From Squalus acanthias (taxonomy: Eukaryota), in NCBI GenBank assembly GCA_030390025.1, contig CM059438.1:17174001-17238000 (forward strand): a stretch of 64,000 bases of DNA, read 5' to 3'. This document shows, in pieces, positions 39,740-51,885 of this stretch; position 1 is the first letter of the stretch, and the number at the start of each line of letters is the position of its first letter. A model generated the notes under the pieces. It was not told the DNA's origin and searched no databases. It was given only the letters and a program-made list of their open reading frames with translations. The translations under genes and the position numbers were made by a program.

Positions 39740-40010
39740 TGCACATCCAAGTCAATGTCTTTAAACTCCTTGCCATTACTTTCAAGTTCCTTCGTGGTCT
39801 TGCTCCTTCTTACCTCAGCAATCTCTGTCTGCTGCATGTCCCCATAGGGATCCTCCACTACTGTGGCGCCATTTTACTCCACATTCCCTGTACCTCTCAC
39901 TCTTCCAGCCATTGTTCCCCATCCCTAAATCCCTTACTCTACCATGTTCCTCTCTGCTTTCAAAAGCCATTTAATAATCCCTTCTCTCTGACCATGTTTT
40001 CACCCCGCAA
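39740..40010 (+). mobile_element. L2 LINE 3' fragment
   Basis: FKLLAITFKFLRGLAPSYLSNL is the L2 ORF2 C-terminal motif. Confidence 0.75.
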
Positions 40011-40094
40011 CTTTATGTTCCTGCTTTCTTCCTTCCTGCCCATTGTCTACTCTTTCCTCTGCCCTACAAAACAATCTGAGGAGTGGTACAGAAC

Positions 40095-40452
40095 TAGAAT
40101 CATAGAATGGTTACAGCATGGAAGGCGGCCATTCGGCCCATCGAGCCCATGCCGGCTCTCTGCAAGAGCACCTCAGCTAGTCCCACTCCCTCACGCTTTC
40201 TCCGTAGCCCTGCAAATGTTTTTCTTTCAGGTACTTATCCAATTCCCTTTTGAAAGCCGTGATTGAGTCTGCCTCCTTTCTGGCAGTGCATTCCAGATCT
40301 TAACCACTCGCTGAGTAAAAAAGTTTTTTTTCTCATGTCGCCTTTGATTCTTTTGCCAATCACCTTAAATCTGTGTCCTCTGGTTCTCGACCCTTCTGCC
40401 AACGGGAACAATTTCTCTCTATCTACTCTGTCCAGATCCCTCATGATTTTGA
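40095..40452 (-). mobile_element. CR1 LINE 3' end
   Basis: MRDLDRVDREKLFPLAEGSRTRGHRFKVIGKR, then a CR1 3'UTR ending in TTCTATGATTCT. Confidence 0.85.
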
Positions 40453-41609
40453 GGGGTCGTTGATGATCAGAAATGTATCAGAAATTAATTGGGTGACCCA
40501 CGGCCTTATGGAGTAAAACATACACACCAGAAGAGCCCAGGATTGGATTCCCAGCTGGTGCTGAATTTGCTGATCTCAGATTGAGCAACAGTTGGGATGC
40601 AACAATCTCAATGCCACAGAGTTGGGAAAAGAAGAAAAATCAAGACAGGATTCCTGCTTCAAATTACTATCCTATTACTAGAAAGTATGCATGTCATGTA
40701 TGGACAGGATGCCCTACATAGAAAGATAGCTTCCTAACACATGATGATAGCTTATACAGCTATTTGGGTGAAGAACAATAAGACTGCCAGCATCTAGAAC
40801 TGGACCACAGTTCCAGAGTCAGCACCTCAGGAAAAAAATTGTTAAAAATTACATTTGGTACATGGGGCACGTGTTTCACTGAAAACTCATGAAGAGCACC
40901 TGCAGGTATTTTCCATGGTAACAGTATGGCACAACACTTGCCAATTTTTGCACACCAGCTTCCCACAAATCACTCCAAATACTTTCTGAAAAATTTTCAC
41001 TGCCATTTTCTTTCCTCGGTAACAGATACTTCTAGTGTCCGAAATAGGATTTAACCAAAATATAGAAATTTAAAAAAAAATACAAATTCACTTGATTAAA
41101 TCTATCCGATGAATTGTCTCTTAATGCCTTCATTACAGTTTTTACTTGAATATCTGAATCTCTCCCAAAAGCCTGGGTTTGAACTTGATATTTTTGCCCA
41201 GAGCTGTAACTGAACTGAGTTTGGATTGTGTAGTCGAAGCACGTTCAGTGTACATAATTTCCCAGGATGCAACAGCACTGTGCAGTCGGTTTTTATGAAA
41301 GGATGTTTTTCTTTACTCCCTAGCACACAGTAGCTTTTCCTCACATAATTTTGAAAAGCAAGAGATCAAAGTTCAAAAGCTTTACGTAACAGTTTTTTTT
41401 TTAAAAAGAGGCTGTGTGTGAGAAAGAGAGAAAAAATTGATTACACACTAGATACAGCTTTTGTTTTGAGCTCTATAAACTTTATAAAGTATATTAAGCG
41501 GAGGGAAAGAGAGGGAGGACGAGAATGTGCACTTTTAATTTTTCAGGAATAGAACATTAGAATTATGAAGCCAACTGATTATCTCCACCAAGCAAAAGGA
41601 GTTTGGATT

Positions 41610-41631
41610 GGGGGGGGGGGGGGGGGGGGGG
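41610..41631. repeat. poly(G) tract, 22 nt
   Basis: Read directly. Confidence 0.95.
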
Positions 41632-44600
41632 AGAAGCAACAAAGAGAAAGCAGAGAGACAGAATTAGATGAGGAGAGACAGAGAGAATTAACAACACAAA
41701 GACATCAGCGACAGGTAAGAGAGTGACCATTCTCTCCGACTTACCCTGTGAAATGCCACAGGAGAGCGACTAAGGCATATGTAAAAACATGGACAATAGT
41801 AACTGAGTCACACACCTAAATCAAAAGTTAAATTCTGCATACTTGCAGAGGGTACCTCAGAATAAAATTCCTTTCATTCGGGATTCCTTAATATTTTTCA
41901 ATATTAGGAGTACAGGTCAGTGTAGGTTTAAGTTAATAATTGTAAAAATGTATTAAGACACAAAAATGGCACCCTAATGAAGCTTAAAAACAAATCAGCT
42001 GATGAGCCATAAAAAGGTCCTAGTTTTGATCCATGTTCTATGCTGAGTTAGTTCATCTCAGCCAAGGGACCAATAGGGCACTATAATTAGCTGCAGAGTC
42101 TATGGTTTAGGGAAAGGAAATACTGGCCAGGATGCCCACCCCAACGAGAAGTGAGCAAGGTCTCCAGGTGAGGATAGGATCGGGCCCTGCTGTGATTTCC
42201 TCTATAGTTGAATCGCTCACTCGTATTCACCCTCAAGACTCATGTATAACCACCAGAGAGAGTAATAGACAGGAAGGCACCCAAGCAGAATCTTACCCCA
42301 ATGAAGAGATTTTTGCCTTGAGGAGGGCAGAAGGGAGAAAATTCGAGGCAATCACTTGCAGGACAAATGCAGGAAAAGTACAGTAATGCCAGAACTAGAC
42401 AGGTTAGCACTTTTCCCATTTACTGTTCCAGAAAGGTTACATACCATATGGCACTGGTGTCTAATCTAGAGCCACATGAACCCTTCCCAAGCCCTCGCAA
42501 TCCAAACCATCGAAGCCCAGGCAACTCGGTCATATTCGTGCTTAGATTTCTAATCTGTCAGACTGTCCTGTTTGAATTTTGTGGGCCTGGAGAGGCCTGT
42601 ATTTAGTGCTGTTGTCTCAATAGTGGATAAATCGTAAATCAGAACGAAATCTGCAAGTATCGGCACACTTGGTAACATAAATTTAAAACAGGGTCCATGG
42701 CACGCACCTATGTGGCCCACACAGATAGATGTCTGGGCACTCTAAGCCATGTAGGGACCTGTACACATTAGGGGAGGGGAAAGAGATCACCCCATAGTAC
42801 CGCATCACTACAGCTTTTGTAATGCTCAAGTATCTGGTAATATATAAAAAGATTATATAATACATGTCAATTTCTGCTTAACTTATTCAAATTGGACATC
42901 AACTCACTTACAACTTTTATTCAATGTAGCACAAGTGCAGCTTTTAGAAAAGTTATTTTTGTTTTTCTCGCTACATCACTCCACCATAGACTTATTCCCA
43001 GATGTATGCTTATTCCACTCTCTGTAAATAACCAACTTTTGGCGCAACTGGCACTCCGTTCCTGCTGTCCTGTTGGGAGGGACGGAGCAGAGGACAAAGA
43101 AGCACCTAACTTTGCTCTGTAGCTCCCATTACCCACCAGAATTCAAAAGCTCACGTACCAATCTGCATGCACATTACTTCTACACAGGACTCAGTCCCTC
43201 AGGCCAAGTTCAAGACTCGACAGTCAAAAGGAATTGACTTTTTCCCCATATAAAATGTGAATTTGTTTCCTTCCAACCCACTCCCCACCCAAAAAAAACC
43301 ACAAACATTGGAACCACCCACCATCATACTGCCACTTCCAGTCAGACTGATTGAATAGTGGCATCTCCACCACCAACAGTTCTGCCAAATCAGTTAAATA
43401 ACATCGTGGGGAGAGAAAAAAAGACAAGAGAAGCTGATCCCAATGACCTCCCTCCCACCCTCCCAAAATGAAGCATTCGGCTATAAGTGCTTAGCAGAGA
43501 ACTAATGACAAGGGAAAAATATATCAAATTTAAATGGCGTTCTAACCATTTCTACTTGGCCGAACCAGTGTGATTTTGGTTTTGACTTTGCCCTTCACAT
43601 CCAGAAATTTTTTTTTTAAGTTTGATGTTGAAGCCAGTCTTGTGGATAGAAATACTGAGTAAAGGAGAATTGTGTCAGCAATTGAACTCTTCACAAAAAA
43701 GGGACATTTTTTTAAATTACATTGTTCCTCCTTAAAAAAAAAACAGCGACAAACAGCACAGACCCCACCCCCCCAAATCACCATTTGCACTTAATCATTA
43801 GGCACAGCAAAAACTCCTGGTGCTCAAATTTAGTTTGTAAATATTTACAGCATGAATAGTTTTCCATTTGTTGATCACTGCTGAGAAACCTCACCATAAT
43901 CTACATCTGCATTTCATTGACTTAAATTTACCACATGTTGAGATGGGAGCGGTCCCAATTCCATTTGAATCACTGCACAAATATGCAAGTGATTTATTGT
44001 TTTTTTTTAAATCGCGCTGGTTTAGTTGGACTCCACTTTTTGTGCAAATTACTCCTTCTGGTCCAGCAGGCCATGAACAATCAGTACAGACTAATTAGAC
44101 TTTGTAAACGTACTCTGCCCTGCTAATGCCTTCACAATCCAAAAGCAAAATACCAAGACATTTGCTAAAACTGCTCATATACTGACACATCAGACATATA
44201 GAATGGGTCTGATGTGGTGTTAAAGAGCCCATTCAGCACCATAAACCCCCTGGAGATGGCAATTAGGGACAATTAGCAAGTGCAGCCACAGTACTAGATA
44301 GAAGACATTTACAAAATCTCACACACACCTGGGAGCAAGGAATTAACCAACTCTTTGCCGCATACAATTAAAACCCTATGTAAACACACTTAATCCAGAT
44401 TACAATTCTTGATGTGTTCAGAGGGTTAACCCTGCACATTGAAAACAGCCAACTACAAATAACCACTGCAAGGAAATAATGAAACCTGGCTGGTCTCAAA
44501 CACATTTCTAATCCCCCAGTTTTCTTCAGCACCAAACCCCACTCCCAACATCTCCTTGGATCATGGGGTACAAGGCCAGTGTGGCGTCAAGTATTTCAAC

Positions 44601-47600
44601 ATTCATAAATGACGCAAGCCATAAATAATCACTGCAGATTTATGGCTCTGTTGCTAGCCATGGGTTTGGGGGCATATTTCTTTCTGATGGCTTGTCAAGG
44701 TGTAAATTTGGCTGCACAGTAGCTGTGGAATCAGGCAGAGGACACTTCTAGCACACTAGTTCAGGTTTAAGCAGAAAATAAACAGTATTTTTCCTGCAAT
44801 CTCAAGGACTTGAAGCACCACTGCCATGCCATACAATCACTGTATACGAGAGTTAAACGTAGGTCTCAAAAACTGAACTAGCCACTGCAGAAAATGTTTA
44901 CAGGACAGCTGGAAAATCTCCTCCAACTTTAGTCATGGTACAGAAACTTATGTTCCCACAAATCTCTGCAGCTGTCACTCCCAAGCACATCATTCTAAAC
45001 ATGATTTCTCAGCCAGTTTTGTAGCGTTTCAATTCATTTTTTAAACCACATCAACCCTTTTCTTTTGATTTCCATAAACTAAACCTAGATATATGTATTT
45101 AAAACAGTGAAACACGGGGCTAGGAAATTGAAGAGTACGATGCCTTGCATCATAATGCTCAAAGAATACTGCACATACAAACTTGCCGACAGGAATTACC
45201 CAGAACATTAAAAAAAGTGAAGAATTGTAGGTTCTATTGTGAAAGCAGTAAAAGTACAGAATTACTTGACTCTTGAAATCATGACTGGCAAAGACAAAGT
45301 GCAACATATACCTGCAAACCCTTAAACTGTGCTTTTCTGTCAAGGTGCAGTTTCCCAATTTTTTTTTAAATGGAAGCGTCACTTGTAGAATTCAATTTCA
45401 AAAGCACAGGAGGAAAGAAATTCTGCACTTGACCAATATTGTTTCATTTTCAGTTCAACTTGCCTATGGTGTAGTTCCAAAGGTACGGAACAAACTCATA
45501 TCAGTTTGTTTCCATAATAAAAAGCTTATACTGAAATATCCTTACTAAACATGTTATCATAATGAAAAAAAGTACTTTAAACAATCATCTCTTCCTTCAG
45601 AAGAAAATTTAAAAAAGATAAATAAAAATGAAATAGCCATTAGAGTCATCTACAAAGTCAGGGATCTCATTATGGCAGATGTATTTGAAAAAAGGTCACC
45701 AACAAATGTGTCACAGCAATAGCTGTAATTGATATACAGGTGTTTGACTGAAGGGATAGATCAAATATTTTAGTAATGAAAAGGTCTCAGGAGGAGTTGC
45801 TGACTGGGACCCCTGTAAACGGAGAGTTCTTAAGATTATTTGAACTGTACTTTAACTGCTAGTCATAAACATTTTGTACATGATGCACAAATCTCCGAAC
45901 ACAAAAGGCCACGAACACCTGCTCCGTTCAATGTGATATGCATTTTATGCTCCTATTTAAAACATAATGAACTGTGTAATGATAAATACTTTTGCATTGT
46001 ACGAAGAAAAAGATATGTGCCACATGGAAGCACTGCCATACAATTTTCAGGAATGGATATCATCTCTCCCTCTATGGAGGAGCCTGCATAGTTTCACTCA
46101 GGTTCTATTTGCTTTTGGGCCACTGCCCCATGCTGGCAATATACGTAATCTCAGCTGAAAACTAGCATTAAAAATGTTACCAAAATTACAGTAGTAATTA
46201 ACAATCATAAATCTCTCATCTAGATCCCCAACATAATGTACTAACAGTACCAAAACTAGACATTTAATTATGTTACTACTTGCTGGGCTGTAGAACAGTA
46301 CAGTCTAATACATTATTCAAAAGATACAGCGTACATAAAGGCCTGCAATTTAAGTACATGTGGAAATTTTAGACAAAAGGTTTTCTGTACCTAATGCGCT
46401 ATAATATATGTCGGTCTAACAAATGGCATCAAGTCTACGTTCCGATTTTAAAAGTCTCAATGCGGTTCAGCATGTGGGCTAATGCATTAACCTACAGTGT
46501 ACAATACTGAACCAGCCGACTATGAATTATTTGTGCACCTAAATGTATACATTTCTAAATAAATACATTTTCAACAAAAACTATGTGGACACTAAAGCCT
46601 TTCTAAAACAGACCAAACACCATACAATTTTTTATTTGAATATTTCCAGGATTTTCTGTACTGATATGTGTATGCTGTAATTCCTTTAAATCTTAAACAG
46701 ATCTTTTCAACTTGAAGAACTGGATGTTAAATCAAGGCTGGAATAAATCAAATGAATCATAATTTTTTTTTAAATCTATCCTACATATTTTTCATGAACT
46801 AGAATGACCATCATCACCACCACCTATCTTCAATTCTGTTGACATCTTCAAAAATCTATCCATCTAGTTGTAGAAGAAATCTAATCTAATGTCTCTTAAA
46901 TTACTATTTAGCCGTATAAAATTACACACTGAAAAAAAATCAATTGCTCTTTAGCTGCAGTAAATTCGACAAATTTTACACAAAATCCAAAGATTTTATT
47001 AACAGGGTGGTTCAACTCATGTCATATGAAACGGAAACTCAAATCATTGTGAAAGCTTCCACTTCGGTCTATATAATGTGAGTAAGCAGAATGACTACGG
47101 ATTTCGCCACTGCAACCAATATAACCGGTCATTGACAGAGTGACACTTCTGTATCAACATTTCTCCCCCTTTCATGAATCCAGCACGTGGATTCAATTTA
47201 AAACACCAGATTTGCGCGGGGGGGGGGGGCGAGAGAAAAGGGACCAAAATGTTAATAATAATGCATTGTAACCGACGTGATGAGGATTTTCAATCCTGGT
47301 GTAGGACAGTTTCAGTGCTTGTGCTTCTTGTCAAAAAGTATCAAAGTTTTGCCTAGTTTATTTCACGTGACTCTGGTGCTATTTCAAGGCTGACGGCAGC
47401 TGACAGTTCGAGGAATCGTGGAGGTAAACTGGGAAGCAACATAAAGCCTATCGAGTCTAGCAAATTAGCCCCAATCGCAATAGTGATGTCCCGCTGAGAC
47501 CCCATTGTACTGCATGATGACCTGTAAATTTCTACATTTCCAACGCAGTTTTTACAAAAAGGTCTGACTGCCGTAATCGAATGTCATGAAAACAAGAGAG

Positions 47601-48252
47601 CAAAACTGGACCGAATCACATATAAAAACACATCCAGATCTCAATGAAGTCGCCTTCCACAAGTTACTGTAAAGTTTGTCAATAAAAGCTGCCCCCTTTT
47701 TTTTTAAAGCACGCCTCTTTTTTCTTGCTCAATCAGCTTGCAAAAAAAAACTACACACGCAGGATTTTTCTGCCGGGGAGACGTGTATTTAAAAAAAAAG
47801 GCAGCAAAATAAATAATCTGACTTCACACGGCTACTAAAACAAAATAAGAACTTGAAACAAACAGCCCCCTCACAACAGAAAGTCGAATGATGTCCACTT
47901 GTTGAACTAAGGCTTTTTAAAAAAAATACACCCAAATTAGTAAAGTTTCTGCAGTCCATCTAGTCACAACAAACTCTGCCAACACACACACACACACCTT
48001 GGCACAGGGCAAAAAGTTGCCAGCCTTCAGGAGAAAGATGTCAACACCTTAATCTTCTTATTCTCTTAAAAAATAAATCAGCTGCCTTTGCTAAGAGAAA
48101 CGTGGCGAGGGGAAAAACAATATCAACACTGTGCTCATGCAAGGAAAAGTTTTTGGGTGCTTTTTTTTTCCTCCAATATAAATGCGCTGGAAAACTTTTT
48201 TTTCCTTTTTTATATTAAAAAAAATGAGACTTTAAAAATGCAAAAAACCTAC

Positions 48253-48377
48253 CGTCCTCGCACTGGGAGATAAAGATCCATTGGGAAGGTAAGGACTTGC
48301 CAGGTCAGGAATCATAATAAATGGATAGCCAGGGTATGGTGGGCCCTTGAACAACCCTCCATCTTGCCTCTTTGCCG
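48253..48377 (-). CDS. TCF7L2: TCF7L2 coding exon 3
   Basis: CCTAG|CGGCAAAG acceptor and ACG|GTAGG donor. 125 nt, (A)[41 protein letters not shown], near-identical to tetrapod TCF7L2. Confidence 0.96.
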
Positions 48378-48613
48378 CTAGGTTAAGAAACATGGCGGGG
48401 AATAAGAGAGAGAGAAAAAAAGAAAGAAAAAAAGTTAGGGATCAAACTTTTCTCAACATACTTTTTTTTATGGCAACCGAAAAATTAAAAAAAACAACAC
48501 CACCACCCCCTTTTACAGCCGCTCCCGATTCATTTGCGAGAGAAGAGAGCGAGAGAGAGAGAAAAAAACAACAACTTTTTTTTTCTCGCTTTTTTTTTTC
48601 CCGGCCAACTCAC

Positions 48614-48683
48614 CTTCTTCTAAACTCTCCCTGGATTTGTCCCGAAAAGTTTCTGAATGCCGAGGCGGCGGCCGCCTTTCCGC
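48614..48683 (-). CDS. TCF7L2: TCF7L2 coding exon 2
   Basis: CTCAG|GCGGAAAGG acceptor and GAAG|GTGAGT donor. 70 nt, AERRPPPRHSETFRDKSRESLEE plus 1 nt; phase fits exons 1 and 3. Confidence 0.95.
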
Positions 48684-48941
48684 CTGAGAGGAACATGGTG
48701 GATGGCAAAGTGGGAGAGAGAGAGAGAGAGACAAAAAGTCACACAAGAGTTTGGATTATTTAGCAGCGATCATCAGGTTGCAATATTATTATTTTTTTTA
48801 AAGTATCTTGAGGTGGTGAATTTTTTTTGGTAATCTTTTTGCAATCTTTTCCTTTCCTTTCCTTCCTCCCCCCTCCTCCTCCTCCTCCTCCCCCCCTTCA
48901 AAAAAAAACAAACAAGAGATTTTTTTTTTTTGCTTGCTTAC

Positions 48942-49130
48942 CTCGGAGTCTGAGGAACTGTTTTGGTTGGTCTCTGACTCGTTTACTAATGAAGACTTGA
49001 CGTCTGCTAAATCCCTTTCTGCAGAAGCGTTTTCCGAGATCTTTTCTTCCTGCTCCCCTTCATCTTTAAAAGAGATCATCTCATCATTGGCCCCGAGATC
49101 GTCGCCGCCACCGCTGTTTAGCTGCGGCAT
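48942..49130 (-). CDS. TCF7L2: TCF7L2 coding exon 1 (beta-catenin-binding domain)
   Basis: Translates [63 protein letters not shown]. 189 nt ending at the GAG|GTAAGC donor. [11 protein letters not shown] matches TCF7L2 rather than TCF7L1, LEF1 or TCF7. Confidence 0.97.
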
Positions 49131-49720
49131 CGTTAAAAAAAAATGTTTTCTCTCTCTCCTCTCTCTCTTTGCCCTTTTTCTTTTTTAATAAAAGTGATCC
49201 GACTTGTTCAGGAGGAGAGGAGAGGAGGAGGGGGGGGGGGGAAAGGGAAAAAAAAGGGAGTGGGGGGGGGTTTGTTGTTGTTAATCCGTCGCAAGTATGT
49301 TTCTCTTCTTTCTTTCTTTCTTCTTCTTCTTCTTCTTCTTCTTGCCCCCCTCGCTATCTTGTGAGTAAGTAAATAAATTGCAGGAGCGGTAATTGTTAGT
49401 GAAAGCACGCCGAGGAGCTGGCTCTCCTGCTCGGAGTGAAGTTGTTGGAGACTCGGCGGCGGCTGCTCCACTTCAAAGGCTCGCCGCTGTTTGATTGACA
49501 CTTTGATTGACAGGAAAAGCTCCACAGACTGTCCCGCTCGCAAACTAATGAGATGCACAAGAGGGGAATACGTACCGGGTAATGAGGAGGGACTTACATG
49601 ACGTCTGCATAAATAAATTAAAAGGGAACATAGAGAGGGAGAGAGAGCTAAAGAGAGAGAGAGGAGAGGGGCTGGCTGAGGCTTTTAGTGCTAATCTCAA
49701 GCCCTTGAACTTGGTTTCCT
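49131..49720 (-). promoter_or_regulatory. TCF7L2: TCF7L2 5'UTR and proximal promoter
   Basis: Directly upstream of the ATG. Locally CpG-rich with (GAA)n and (CT)n tracts; no minus-strand ATG seen for about 465 nt. Tandem TGATTGACA (49492, 49504), TCF sites (49470, 49501), CRE-like TGACGTC near 49600. TSS not determinable. Confidence 0.7.
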
Positions 49721-51848
49721 CAATCTTTTTTTAAAAAATTCTTGCTTTGTTTTGATCTGCTAACTTTTGCTCCAGTTTTTTTTACACCAACCCATCAAGG
49801 GTTTTCCGACTCCATTCTAGTTTTTTTTATATATATATTGCAACCTGTGCTGCCTTACTTGCACTCGATCTTTTTTTTCCCTCCCAGATAGTGAATCAAG
49901 CAACTGTTTTAAAATTGACATTTTTTTTTGCATGTGTGTTAAGTGCTTGGCCTGATCAGATTTCTAACTGCACAATGCTGATCCGCACTGAACCATTCCA
50001 CATAAATAGTAATAATCATTTGTAATTCTTCTGCATTGCTTTTGTTAATGCCGTGCAGTTCCTAAGTATGCAACAATATATTTCCTTCTCCTGGACAAAA
50101 AAAGTGTTTTAATCTATTACTGTTATTTCTTCGCATAGCTGCCGGGAACCGTGTGAATAGCGACTTTTACATGTTCACGAATACAGAGCACTGTAGTAAT
50201 AGTAATTTTAATAATGAATAAACCATACGGAGTGATAGGTAACCTACTGAAACGGAAAGTTTAAATCTTGCCGTACCATTATTTGGAGTTCAATGGACGC
50301 GTGTGTTTATGAGATATAACCTGAAATATGAATTGAAATATGGTAGCTCGTGTAAATTGAAATTAATTTGCACCAGGACATCACAAGATCACTATCTCAG
50401 TAGCTTAAAGTGCAAGATTTTTCAAATACAAATGTATAGAGGTACATCGTTTTTGCAGCTTATATAATGTGACTATGCACTTCACTTAAAGTAAGCTATA
50501 TTTGACAAAAAGACAATATTATAAGGTAGTTTGCACATAGTTAGCTAATCAATTTGAAAACGTATTAATTTCCAAGTAAATAAATAATAGAAAAACACAA
50601 TACATTTAATTATATTCTATACATAGCACAATCACTTTTTTACAAATTTTGGGTTAAATATTTATGTGATGGTCAATTATTTATTTTCTGCCCTTTTATT
50701 AAACCAGCTTATGAATGAAGTGTGTTGGTGCATCAAATGAGCATGCTGTGTATAAACTGTACGGGGAATTAACATCTCTACATCGCCTTTGATTCGGGCG
50801 ATTACTAACGCCTCTGCAGCCCCGATACAAAAGGGATCGCTTTTTACTTAGCTATATTAAATCAGCACATGCACGTTATAAAGCATTGCAAAGACAAAGG
50901 GAAGATTTGCATCCTTATGCAACTGTCTTTCAACTATTATTAAGCCATCATTGATGTGTGAAAAATTGATGTTCTGTAAGAGGACTAATAGTGGAGGAGG
51001 GATTCGAGGTGGAGTTGCTGGCACTTTGATCTTTGATCGGCAAATTCCCATTTTTCTTTGTGCGACTATATTTGGTAAATCAGATTTGCACTCCACGTGT
51101 TGTGGGGAGTAAAAAGGCTACTGCTTACTTCCGGGTTTGGGGGGGGGAAGCCCAAACTGGTAATGACGTTTGATTATTTCTCTAAGCTTATCAATTTTAA
51201 TGGTATTTTCTCTTTTTATTGGTGATCTCAAACCTCTGAGATCGAGCGTAGCTATGTTCCAAGGTGTGAGTAAATGTTAAAGTGCGCGAATCAGACGAGA
51301 TAAATAACTAGTTTTACATTTCAGATAATTTCTACAATATATATATTTTGCATTGTAAAAATATTGATTGAAGTATTTCTGCTACTAATACCCATCAAAA
51401 CGATTCAATTGAAGATGAAAAAATAACATCAATGTCAACACGCACCTTAATTAATTAATACTGTACTAATGTGCATTATTAATGTTGATAGGTCAAAACC
51501 ATGTCTGATTTGAATATACCACAGAGAAAACCTTATGGTTAACATTGCCATAATAAGAGGATTGTTATATTTAATTGGCCCGTTATTTTTTATTTAAGCA
51601 TAATGTTTTCACAGTTTATTGTGTCCCTGGCGGCAACCAACCAGCAAGGGTCATGACCCGAACATTGGAAAGATTGGAAAAAATAGCAAAGGACATGGAG
51701 CAGATTAAGCGCAATACACGCAGATACCAGGCTGAAGAGTCTGCTCATCTTCAAGAGTAAGGAAGCTGTGGGCTTGCTGGAGGCATGGGCATGCATTAGG
51801 GGATTTTATCAGGAACATCAGGACTACAACTTTCCAAAAACACTTGCA

Positions 51849-51885
<37 letters not shown>

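Larger units (their letters stand above)
1..48252 (-). other. TCF7L2: TCF7L2 large intron after exon 3 (runs off the window start)
   Basis: GT donor at 48252-48251. I recognised neither the YLQMKWPLLDV exon nor the alternative LHFQSGSTHY exon by eye. Confidence 0.75.

Noticed and set aside
394-47356. Numerous 60-140 aa intronic ORFs in the track
   Set aside because: Many use non-ATG starts, none shows a recognisable domain apart from TE fragments, and numbers are consistent with chance.
48798-48941. C-terminal part of ORF 48798-49130 (VSKQKKK...)
   Set aside because: Read-through into intron 1 past the GTAAGC donor; low complexity.
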